Source of the DNA: a virus
Taxonomy: Duplodnaviria; Caudoviricetes
Direction: 5' to 3' (one strand)
Length of the DNA stretch: 41,578 nucleotides
IMG/VR virus record: IMGVR_UViG_3300025610_003176
Location: 1 to 41,578 of that record
In this document: piece after piece, positions 26,445-34,263 of the stretch
Layout of the letters: each line of letters begins with the position of its first letter
How positions within the stretch are numbered: the stretch's first letter is position 1
Made by a program: the position numbers and the translations under genes
Notes under the pieces: generated by a model
Database searches by the model: none
Seen by the model: only the letters and a program-made list of their open reading frames with translations
What the model was told of the DNA's origin: nothing

Positions 26445-27788
26445 ATGCTAAAAAAATTCACTCGACTCCGAAACAAGCAGTGGTATATCGTCGCTGCTTT
26501 TGCCATGTTTATTCTTGGCACATTTGAGTTATCTGTTCATGCAGCAGAACTCCCCGCAGAACTGAATCCTCAGTTTCTTGCTAATAATCTTTGGTTGCTT
26601 GTTGCTACCGTCCTCGTTGTTTTTATGAACGCAGGATTTGCTATGGTAGAAGCAGGTATGTGTCGTCATAAAAATACCGTTAATATTCTCTATAAGAACC
26701 TCATCGTATTCACTCTTGCGGTATCTGCATACTTCCTGGTTGGTTATTCCTTGATGTATGGCAATCCTGTGATTGACGGTTGGTTATACTTCAAAGGTCT
26801 TTTCTTTGATCCTACTGTGACTGCAGAGATGGTGAATGATGCTTCTCTGGTTCCCAGTATTGATTTCTTGTTCCAAGCAGCATTTGCTGGAACTGCTGCT
26901 ACTATCGTTTCTGGTTTGGTGGCAGAACGTATCAAATTCAGTCAGTTCGTTCTTTTCTCTATCGTCCTGACTTCTGTCATCTATCCTGTTCTTGGTTCTT
27001 GGAAGTGGAATGGTGGTTGGCTTGATGTAATGGGATTCCAAGACTTTGCTGGTTCTACAGTTGTCCACTCCGTTGGTGCTTGGGCAGGTATCGTTGGTGC
27101 TGCAATTCTTGGTCCTCGTCTTGCCAAATATGATGGTGAACGTGCGAACGCAATTCCTGGTCATAACATGGCACAAGCAACCCTTGGTGCTCTGATTCTC
27201 TGGATTGGTTGGTATGGTTTCAACCCTGGTTCTCAACTTGCTATGGATCAGGCAGTTCCTTTCATTGCAGTTACCACAACTCTGGGTGCTGCTGGTGGCG
27301 GTATTGCAGGAACAATTACCAGTCAACTCAAGAATGGTAAAGCAGATTTGGGTATGACTATTAATGGCATCCTTGCTGGTCTGGTTTCTGTAACTGCTGG
27401 TTGTGATGCTGTTGGCACCGTTGGTGCTTGGATTATGGGATTCATTGGTGGTGTTATCGTTGTTTACTCCATCGACCTGATTGACCGTCTTCGTATTGAT
27501 GATCCCGTTGGTGCATTCTCTGTTCACGGTGCTGCTGGTATTTGGGGAACTCTCTCAGTCGGTTTGTTCTCTAAGTCCACTGGTTTCTTTTATGGACACG
27601 GACTGTCTCAACTGTTCGTTCAACTGGTTGGTGTAATTGCTTATGGTGTATGTGCCGTTGCCCTGAGTTATGTCACTTGGAAGTTCCTTGCTGGTGCTAA
27701 TAAAGGTCTTCGTGTTACTGAAGCAGAAGAGATCGCTGGTCTTGATGCATCCGAGCACGATATGGCTGCCTACACTTATCAAGGTTGA
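26445..27788 (+). CDS. amt: Ammonium transporter (Amt family)
   Basis: GFAMVEAG, FQAAFA, AER, DFAGSTVVHSVG, WIGWYGFNPGS, NGILAGLVSVTAG, DDPVGAFSVHG, GLD-x-SEH; many TM helices. Confidence 0.97.
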   Translation: MLKKFTRLRNKQWYIVAAFAMFILGTFELSVHAAELPAELNPQFLANNLWLLVATVLVVFMNAGFAMVEAGMCRHKNTVNILYKNLIVFTLAVSAYFLVGYSLMYGNPVIDGWLYFKGLFFDPTVTAEMVNDASLVPSIDFLFQAAFAGTAATIVSGLVAERIKFSQFVLFSIVLTSVIYPVLGSWKWNGGWLDVMGFQDFAGSTVVHSVGAWAGIVGAAILGPRLAKYDGERANAIPGHNMAQATLGALILWIGWYGFNPGSQLAMDQAVPFIAVTTTLGAAGGGIAGTITSQLKNGKADLGMTINGILAGLVSVTAGCDAVGTVGAWIMGFIGGVIVVYSIDLIDRLRIDDPVGAFSVHGAAGIWGTLSVGLFSKSTGFFYGHGLSQLFVQLVGVIAYGVCAVALSYVTWKFLAGANKGLRVTEAEEIAGLDASEHDMAAYTYQG

Positions 27789-27813
27789 TATAAAAATTAA
27801 ATACTGTTATAAT

Positions 27814-27840
27814 AAAGAGACCTTCGGGTCTCTTTTTTTA
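27814..27840 (+). terminator. Terminator, copy 2 of the 27-nt direct repeat
   Basis: Identical to 26344-26370. Confidence 0.9.
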
Positions 27841-28413
27841 ATGTTTAAAAATATAAAGATTATCAAAACAGGAATTGATCCAGATCCTTTTTTAAAAACG
27901 ATTTATGATAATTGGGATGATTGGGATTGGGTATCTTCTTTAAATCCAGATACTATTGGTGGAGATAAAGATCCTTATGGATTTTTACCACTCATATGGG
28001 CAAAAGTTGGGAGGGGAGAAAATCCTAAAAATGTGGATGCTGTTGAAAAGACACCTTTATTTTCTCATTATCCTGAAGTTCATAATTTTTGGAAGAAAAA
28101 TAAAATAAGTAATGTTGCTAGGGCAGCATTTTTTAGATTACTTCCTGGTGGTATAGTTCATCGTCATATTGATGATGGAACTTATTATTTGACAAAGGAT
28201 AGATATCATCTTTCATTGCAGTCAACATATCATTACACGGTTGGGGATGAGGAAATGATTGTTGAACCTGGAACGTTTTTTTGGTTTCATAATAAAATAC
28301 ATCATGGTGCTAAAAATATTGGAAATGTTGATAGGATATCTTTAGTATTTGATGTTCCTCACAATAGAAAAAATCCACAACATAGGATTAAAAAAGCAAA
28401 AGGTTTTGGTTAA
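27841..28413 (+). CDS. Aspartyl/asparaginyl beta-hydroxylase-like 2OG-Fe(II) oxygenase
   Basis: LLPGGIVHRHID...RYHLSL...HGAKN...DRISLVFD; ATG at 27841. Confidence 0.82.
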   Translation: MFKNIKIIKTGIDPDPFLKTIYDNWDDWDWVSSLNPDTIGGDKDPYGFLPLIWAKVGRGENPKNVDAVEKTPLFSHYPEVHNFWKKNKISNVARAAFFRLLPGGIVHRHIDDGTYYLTKDRYHLSLQSTYHYTVGDEEMIVEPGTFFWFHNKIHHGAKNIGNVDRISLVFDVPHNRKNPQHRIKKAKGFG

Positions 28414-28671
28414 ATGAGTAAGAGAAAAAGTGCCTGGAGAATCTGGGCCAAAGCATTGGGAGCAAAGGAGGGGAAGAATGATAGAGAAGCAGATATTATT
28501 GCTGGCATACGCACCCTTATTTTTATGTCTTACTTGGTTACCAATGTGGCTATCGTTGCCAATGCTATACGACACTGGAATGATATGGTAAATAGTAATG
28601 TAGTCACGGGCACACAACCCACGCAGGTTCCTAATGTATCGGGAACCACACCTTCAGAAAAAATCAGATGA
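28414..28671 (+). CDS. Small membrane protein
   Basis: WRIWAKALG...ADIIAGIR followed by a TM helix. Confidence 0.7.
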   Translation: MSKRKSAWRIWAKALGAKEGKNDREADIIAGIRTLIFMSYLVTNVAIVANAIRHWNDMVNSNVVTGTQPTQVPNVSGTTPSEKIR

Positions 28672-28837
28672 ATGTAGTAATATCTGGCATGAGTGGTTTA
28701 AAGTAGCATATGAAGATAAGGATGAGCAGATTGCAAGTAAGATGAGAAAAAAATGGTGTAAGTGTGTTACAGAATTTGGTGAAATGGTAAGTGAGGAAGT
28801 GAAAACAAATACTAGGTATAAGAACCTGTCAATGTAA
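28634..28837 (+). CDS. Hypothetical protein
   Basis: 67-aa ORF rich in Cys and Trp. Confidence 0.6.
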   Translation: MYREPHLQKKSDECSNIWHEWFKVAYEDKDEQIASKMRKKWCKCVTEFGEMVSEEVKTNTRYKNLSM

Positions 28838-28863
28838 TATATACTTCAGTTGCGTAAACTTTA

Positions 28864-29187
28864 ATGAAGTTTATTTTTGCACTTCTTGCTACACTTTTTT
28901 TGGCTGCTCCCGCATGGGCAGTCGATGTTCAAATGGGATCAAATGGAAACTTGATTTTTGACCCAGCAGATGTTACAATATCCGCAGGAGAGTCGGTTCA
29001 CTTTGTGAATAATATGCTCCCTCCTCACAATGTAATTGTTGAGGATCATGCTGAACTCGATCATGAAGCACTTGCTATGCTTCCTGGTGAAGAGTTTGAT
29101 GTCACCTTTACTGAAGCAGGTGATTACACATACTGGTGTGCTCCTCATAAAGGTGCTGGTATGATTGGACACGTACATGTAGATTGA
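28864..29187 (+). CDS. petE: Plastocyanin
   Basis: Signal peptide ending AWA; Cu ligands in PPHNV and YWCAPHKGAGM. Confidence 0.96.
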   Translation: MKFIFALLATLFLAAPAWAVDVQMGSNGNLIFDPADVTISAGESVHFVNNMLPPHNVIVEDHAELDHEALAMLPGEEFDVTFTEAGDYTYWCAPHKGAGMIGHVHVD

Positions 29188-29837
29188 TGAAGATTTTTTT
29201 AGACACTGCTGATATTGATGAAATCAAGAAGGCACATGAAACCGGAATGATTGAGGGGATTACGACTAATCCTACTCTGATTAAAAAGAGTGGTCGTGAT
29301 CCCGTAGAAGTCATCAAAGAGATTGCCGGAATCTCAACACACTTTGAATCTGTTTCTGCAGAAGTCGTTGCTGATACTGCAGAAGAAATGATTGATCAGG
29401 CACAGGCATTTAATGATATTTGGAATGTCACAATTAAAGTTCCTTGCACTGTTGAAGGACTTAAGGCATGTACTGCACTTGCTGCCACTGGAAGAAAGGT
29501 TAATGTAACTCTTATCTTCTCTGCAGCACAGGCAATTCTTGCACGTCGTGCTGGTGCTGCATATGTTTCTCCCTTTGTCGGAAGACTGAATGATAACTCT
29601 GTTTCTGGAGTTGCACTTGTTCAAACTATTGCAAGTCTTTATAATCAACATTTCAGCACTACACAGGTTCTTGCAGCATCAGTTCGTGATGTTCATCAAG
29701 TTGGACGTTGCTTTGATGCTGGAGCAAATATCTGTACCATTCCCCCCAAAGTATTCTGGGGAATGTATAAGCATGTGTTGACCGATCAAGGTCTTGAATT
29801 GTTCCAAAAAGATTGGGAGTCTGTTCAAGGTAAGTGA
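29187..29837 (+). CDS. talC: Transaldolase (TalC/Fsa family)
   Basis: IFLDTAD, GITTNPTL, IKVP, NVTLIFS, YVSPFVGR, LAASVR. Confidence 0.96.
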   Translation: MKIFLDTADIDEIKKAHETGMIEGITTNPTLIKKSGRDPVEVIKEIAGISTHFESVSAEVVADTAEEMIDQAQAFNDIWNVTIKVPCTVEGLKACTALAATGRKVNVTLIFSAAQAILARRAGAAYVSPFVGRLNDNSVSGVALVQTIASLYNQHFSTTQVLAASVRDVHQVGRCFDAGANICTIPPKVFWGMYKHVLTDQGLELFQKDWESVQGK

Positions 29838-29941
29838 TTACATCAGAAACTCCTTATAAGATGGTTGAGATCATTCATGATACTTGGCCAAATCTTTTTA
29901 GACCACCAACAAATAGAAAAGTAGGCATAACTTCTTATTGA
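29834..29941 (+). CDS. Small peptide (35 aa)
   Basis: GTG start overlapping the talC stop; MITSETPYKMVEIIHDTWPNLFRPP... Confidence 0.5.
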   Translation: MITSETPYKMVEIIHDTWPNLFRPPTNRKVGITSY

Positions 29942-29966
29942 CTTTTTATGTTAAGTTCTGTAAACT
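29938..29966 (+). promoter_or_regulatory. Sigma70-type promoter for psbD
   Basis: TTGACT-N17-TAAACT. Confidence 0.7.
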
Positions 29967-29994
29967 AAATATGAGAAGTTAACAACGGAGTTAA

Positions 29995-31056
29995 ATGACT
30001 ACTTCATCACTTTCACCCCCCGTTTCGCAAAGAGGATGGTTCGATGTCTTGGATGACTGGCTTAAACGAGATCGCTTTGTCTTTGTGGGTTGGTCTGGAT
30101 TATTACTTTTTCCCACTGCTTATTTGGCAATTGGTGGCTGGCTTACTGGTACAACTTTCGTTACGTCGTGGTACACCCACGGATTGGCAAGTTCCTATCT
30201 TGAGGGGGCTAATTTTCTCACAGCGGCTGTGTCAACGCCTGCTGATGCTATGGGTCATTCTCTTCTTCTACTTTGGGGTCCTGAGTCTCAGGGAGACTTT
30301 CAGCGGTGGCTCCAGTTGGGAGGACTCTGGAATTTTGTGGCGCTCCACGGAGCCTTTGCTCTCATAGGATTCATGCTCCGGCAGTTTGAGATTAGTCGTT
30401 TAGTAGGAATTAGACCATACAATGCGATTGCTTTTTCGGGTCCTATTGCCGTATTTGTTAGTGTATTCCTCATCTATCCTCTTGGACAATCCAGCTGGTT
30501 CTTTGCGCCGTCATTTGGTGTTGCAGCGATCTTCCGCTTCCTTCTATTCCTCCAGGGATTCCACAATTGGACGCTTAATCCCTTCCACATGATGGGAGTA
30601 GCAGGTATCCTGGGTGGTGCATTGCTTTCTGCCATTCATGGTGTAACTGTGGAGAATACTCTTTATGAAGATGGTGAACAAGCAAACACATTTAAAGCGT
30701 TTGACTCAACTCAAGAAGAAGAAACCTACAGTATGGTTACAGCAAATCGCTTCTGGTCTCAGATCTTTGGTATTGCGTTTAGTAATAAGAGGTGGTTGCA
30801 TTTCTTTATGCTCTTTGTTCCTGTTATGGGTCTGTGGACAAGTTCCATCGGTATTATTGGTCTTGCTCTCAATCTTCGTGCTTATGACTTTGTTTCCCAA
30901 GAAATCAGAGCAGCAGAAGATCCAGAATTCGAGACCTTCTACACCAAGAACATCCTTCTGAATGAAGGTCTGCGTGCCTGGTTAGCACCAGTCGATCAAC
31001 CCCATGAAAATTTTGTATTTCCAGAGGAAGTGCTCCCTCGTGGAAATGCTCTCTAA
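29995..31056 (+). CDS. psbD: Photosystem II D2 protein
   Basis: [38 protein letters not shown]. Confidence 0.99.
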   Translation: MTTSSLSPPVSQRGWFDVLDDWLKRDRFVFVGWSGLLLFPTAYLAIGGWLTGTTFVTSWYTHGLASSYLEGANFLTAAVSTPADAMGHSLLLLWGPESQGDFQRWLQLGGLWNFVALHGAFALIGFMLRQFEISRLVGIRPYNAIAFSGPIAVFVSVFLIYPLGQSSWFFAPSFGVAAIFRFLLFLQGFHNWTLNPFHMMGVAGILGGALLSAIHGVTVENTLYEDGEQANTFKAFDSTQEEETYSMVTANRFWSQIFGIAFSNKRWLHFFMLFVPVMGLWTSSIGIIGLALNLRAYDFVSQEIRAAEDPEFETFYTKNILLNEGLRAWLAPVDQPHENFVFPEEVLPRGNAL

Positions 31057-31058
31057 CT

Positions 31059-31149
31059 TTTAATAAGGATTTCTCTTATTAAAGGAAACCCACTAAACCT
31101 TTAATAAGGATTTCTCTTATTAAAGGAAACCCACTAAACCTTTAATAAG
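31059..31149. repeat. 41-bp tandem repeat (2 copies plus 9 nt) with an internal palindrome
   Basis: Unit TTTAATAAGGATTTCTCTTATTAAAGGAAACCCACTAAACC starts at 31059, 31100 and (partially) 31141; TTTAATAAG/CTTATTAAA form an inverted repeat. Confidence 0.92.
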
Positions 31150-31169
31150 ACCACTTCCACAACCGTCAC

Positions 31170-31207
31170 AGCACTCCTTTACAAGGGGTGCTTTTTTATT
31201 GTATAAT
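31170..31207 (+). terminator. Terminator overlapping a promoter for the R-M genes
   Basis: AGCACTCC/GGGGTGCT followed by a T-tract; TTTACA-N18-TATAAT with a TG-extended -10. Confidence 0.65.
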
Positions 31208-31228
31208 ACTTGTATTGAATTGATTGCC

Positions 31229-32221
31229 ATGCCTCTCCGCTCTACTGCTGACAAACTCAAGACAGTTCGTGAAAAAAATACTTATTACTTCAACAACGAA
31301 CTCTTTGAGAAAGAGATGCAGTCTCACATTGACAAGTTGATCTTTCTTGTTTTAGATTTGAAAAAAGATATGATCGAGCACGGTTGCACTAAAGATGTTC
31401 TCGATCGTTTTCTGCGTAAAGAAGATGCTTTGAAGGCAGTCCTTGGTGCTACTGCGGTATCCTTTGAGATGCTGCAACGGATTGTTACTATTATTAGGCA
31501 TGAAGATTTTGAAGAGTTTACTACTGTCTTTTACAAAGACAAGTGGAACAGTAATAATACTAAGACTGAGTGGAGTGCTAAGAAAATTGAGAAGATGACC
31601 CTGAACAATGAACATTTCAGGAAAGCGATGGTCAATATATTTTTTGAAGGTAACGAAACTATACTTGGTAAGATGATTCCCAAGTATAATTCTTCCAAGA
31701 TGACTGCTTCTGTTATTAATAATATTACTTCTCTTTCTGAGCAAACTCTTGATATTATGATGCGTTACAAAGAAAAAGGTAGTTATGCTGGTAGGAAAGG
31801 TAATAATCCAGAGACGGTCTTGCAAACTATCTTGGATGATGCTAATATTTCTTATGATAGTGGGTGCGACCTTCCTTTGCTTTCTGAGAATGAACAAACT
31901 CTCAAGCGTACTATGGATTTTATGATCCCTAACAAGGAAAATCCTCGTTTGATTATTGAGTCTTCTTTCAATACCACTACCAGTTCTGGCAATGGAGACA
32001 AAGCGAAGACCGAGAACGGAGTGAATTCTCTCAACAAAAAATACTATCCCAATGCTACCTTCATTGGTTTTGTTGATGGTGTTGGTTGGTATGCTAGAAG
32101 TAAAGATGCTGAGCGTATGTGTGAAGGTTTTGATGATGTCTTTACATTCCATGCCGATGAACTAAATCGTTTTAAAGAACTACTCAACAAACTATTTCCA
32201 GAAAACTTTGCAGATGCTTGA
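31229..32221 (+). CDS. Putative type II restriction endonuclease (DpnII-like PD-(D/E)xK domain)
   Basis: KRTMDFMIP...LIIESSF...FIGFVDGVGW resembles the DpnII-family C-terminal domain; overlaps the downstream methyltransferase. Confidence 0.7.
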   Translation: MPLRSTADKLKTVREKNTYYFNNELFEKEMQSHIDKLIFLVLDLKKDMIEHGCTKDVLDRFLRKEDALKAVLGATAVSFEMLQRIVTIIRHEDFEEFTTVFYKDKWNSNNTKTEWSAKKIEKMTLNNEHFRKAMVNIFFEGNETILGKMIPKYNSSKMTASVINNITSLSEQTLDIMMRYKEKGSYAGRKGNNPETVLQTILDDANISYDSGCDLPLLSENEQTLKRTMDFMIPNKENPRLIIESSFNTTTSSGNGDKAKTENGVNSLNKKYYPNATFIGFVDGVGWYARSKDAERMCEGFDDVFTFHADELNRFKELLNKLFPENFADA

Positions 32222-33179
32222 TAACTACCTGAACAAAATTACCGTTGGTGACTGTCTGAATCTTCTCAAGAAGATTCCAGATGAGTCTGTTGATATGACC
32301 TTTGCAGATCCTCCGTTTAACCTGAAGAAGAACTACAAAAACTATCATGATTCTCTGGAGGTTGAGGAGTATCTCAAGTGGTGTGATGAATGGATCACGG
32401 AGATGGTTCGTATTACCAAATCAACTGGATCTATTTTTATCCACAACATTCCCAAGTGGCTCACATACTATTGTCAGATTCTTAATCAGAAAGCACACTT
32501 CAAGCATTGGATTGCCTGGTATGCTCCCACTGCTCCTATGGGTAAGAGTTTACAACCAGCACACTATGGTACTTTGTTCTATGTCAAGGATATAAAGAAA
32601 GCAAAGATCTATCCTATTCGTATGCCTCATGAGAGGGAGAGGAAATCTACTTACCTAAAGAAAGATTATGGTGGTAAGAAAGATCAGATTCATCCTTTTG
32701 GACCTCTCGTTCCTGATGTATGGAATGATATTCACAGAGTAAAGCATGGCAAGTATCGAGACGATCATCCCTGTCAGTTACCAGTGCCTCTTTTAGAGCG
32801 TTTGGTTCTCATGACTACAGATGAGGGAGACGTTGTTCTAGATCCTTTCATGGGGTCTGGTACGACAGCAGTAGCGTCTAAAAAACTTGGTAGGAATTAC
32901 ATTGGGTTTGATCTTAGTGAGCATTATCAGAAGATTGGTGAGAATAATCTAAGTCAGGTAGAACCTAACTCTAAGGTGGGTAACTCTTGGGTGAGTTATC
33001 ATCTTGGTGAGGTTAGAACACTTAGAGATAAAGACTGGGAAGATCTAAAGGATCACTTTGATATTCCTGTCAATATGAAAGACATTGATTTTACTAAAGT
33101 TACACTCAAGTCTGACATCAAAAAGTCTAAACAAAATATTGTTTCTGATGGACCTCTTGCAAAATACTTGACAAAGTGA
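32214..33179 (+). CDS. Beta-class amino (N6-A/N4-C) DNA methyltransferase
   Basis: FADPPFN (motif IV) precedes HPCQLP and VLDPFMGSGTT (motif I). Confidence 0.93.
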   Translation: MLDNYLNKITVGDCLNLLKKIPDESVDMTFADPPFNLKKNYKNYHDSLEVEEYLKWCDEWITEMVRITKSTGSIFIHNIPKWLTYYCQILNQKAHFKHWIAWYAPTAPMGKSLQPAHYGTLFYVKDIKKAKIYPIRMPHERERKSTYLKKDYGGKKDQIHPFGPLVPDVWNDIHRVKHGKYRDDHPCQLPVPLLERLVLMTTDEGDVVLDPFMGSGTTAVASKKLGRNYIGFDLSEHYQKIGENNLSQVEPNSKVGNSWVSYHLGEVRTLRDKDWEDLKDHFDIPVNMKDIDFTKVTLKSDIKKSKQNIVSDGPLAKYLTK

Positions 33180-33185
33180 TATAAT
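33157..33185 (+). promoter_or_regulatory. Sigma70-type promoter
   Basis: TTGCAA-N17-TATAAT. Confidence 0.6.
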
Positions 33186-33208
33186 GGGGGTCGCAAGATC
33201 CTCTTTTT

Positions 33209-33697
33209 ATGGACGTAAAAGAAAATTATTATAAGTATTGGTATGATATCTGGAGTTCTCAGACTCCAGAAGTTTTGAATGCTACTGCACTTATTCGTGT
33301 TGTTGAATGCACGAATGGTTGTGTGCAACATGCATTCAGAGATGGTGATGAGAGAGCACTTTCTGTTGAACAAACTCGTGATTGTATGAAACTCTCTATG
33401 GGCACAATCAAAAATAAAGTTCTCCCATTACCTGATGGCACAGAAGTTGTTCTTCCTAAAGAGTGTCATGGTATTATGGATGAGGCCAGAGATCTTTATG
33501 TTCGTGGATTTAAACAAGGTGATAATGAAGCATTAGAAGAGTTCTTTGCACTATCAAAGGCACACTTTAAAGTTCTTGGTAGAGAACTTATTGATGAGAA
33601 GTTTCGCTATTTTGCCGAACACTTTGAGGATGTCTTTACTCCTTATTGGATTATGATGGGCAGATTTTACATTTATAGTGTTGGTGAGTTTGTGTGA
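33209..33697 (+). CDS. Hypothetical protein
   Basis: 162-aa ORF; no recognised motif. Confidence 0.75.
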   Translation: MDVKENYYKYWYDIWSSQTPEVLNATALIRVVECTNGCVQHAFRDGDERALSVEQTRDCMKLSMGTIKNKVLPLPDGTEVVLPKECHGIMDEARDLYVRGFKQGDNEALEEFFALSKAHFKVLGRELIDEKFRYFAEHFEDVFTPYWIMMGRFYIYSVGEFV

Positions 33698-33822
33698 AGT
33701 ATCCGAACGATCCACCTGATGCGGTCTGTCCTTATTGTGGTCAAAAGGATAGACCTTGTTCTTATGTGAATCATCTTGCCAGAGCATGGGCAAGGGCAGC
33801 ATGTCAACATAAGAATAAATAA
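33694..33822 (+). CDS. Small Cys-rich protein (42 aa)
   Basis: GTGA overlap; CPYCG...PC...AC. Confidence 0.55.
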   Translation: MKYPNDPPDAVCPYCGQKDRPCSYVNHLARAWARAACQHKNK

Positions 33823-33841
33823 TTGTAAGATGCAAGTTCTT

Positions 33842-34213
33842 ATGCAACTCTACAATTCTCCTCAAGCCTATGTCTTTAACCTCCAAACAACGAGTTCTGC
33901 AGAAGCGAAAAGATTATGGAGGTCAAAGATAAAGGAAGAATGGGATTGGGAGTGTGCCTATTGTGGGTCTGATAAGAATCTCACAATAGATCACATTGTG
34001 CCTAGAGCAAAAGGTGGAACAGATTTTACGAAGAATGTTCTGTGTGCCTGCCACGAATGTAATCAAGATAAAGGTCATACTCCTGTGGAAGATTGGTATC
34101 TTTCTCAGGAGTTTTTTGATGTTGATAGATATGAAAAAATTAAAGATTGGATGAAACCAGAACTTCCATCCAATCTTTATCGATATGGATCTAGAAGAAA
34201 TATCGTATTATAA
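33842..34213 (+). CDS. HNH endonuclease
   Basis: CAYCG...TIDHIVPRAKGG...NVLCACHECNQDK; start ATG 33830 or 33842. Confidence 0.9.
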   Translation: MQLYNSPQAYVFNLQTTSSAEAKRLWRSKIKEEWDWECAYCGSDKNLTIDHIVPRAKGGTDFTKNVLCACHECNQDKGHTPVEDWYLSQEFFDVDRYEKIKDWMKPELPSNLYRYGSRRNIVL

Positions 34214-34216
34214 ATA
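34209..34216 (+). promoter_or_regulatory. T4-type late promoter TATAAATA
   Basis: Exact consensus about 48 nt upstream of the structural operon. Confidence 0.75.
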
Positions 34217-34263
34217 TATCAGCAGTATATACTGCTATTCTGGTACATACCAAATTGTAATAA

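Noticed and set aside
26784-27527. 247-aa antisense ORF over amt
   Set aside because: Same shadow-ORF effect.
31059-31149. Possible mini-CRISPR array
   Set aside because: The intervening sequences are identical and short, so there are no unique spacers, and no cas gene is in the window.
31352-32152. 266-aa antisense ORF over the endonuclease
   Set aside because: Shadow ORF; the + strand gene has motifs and operon context.
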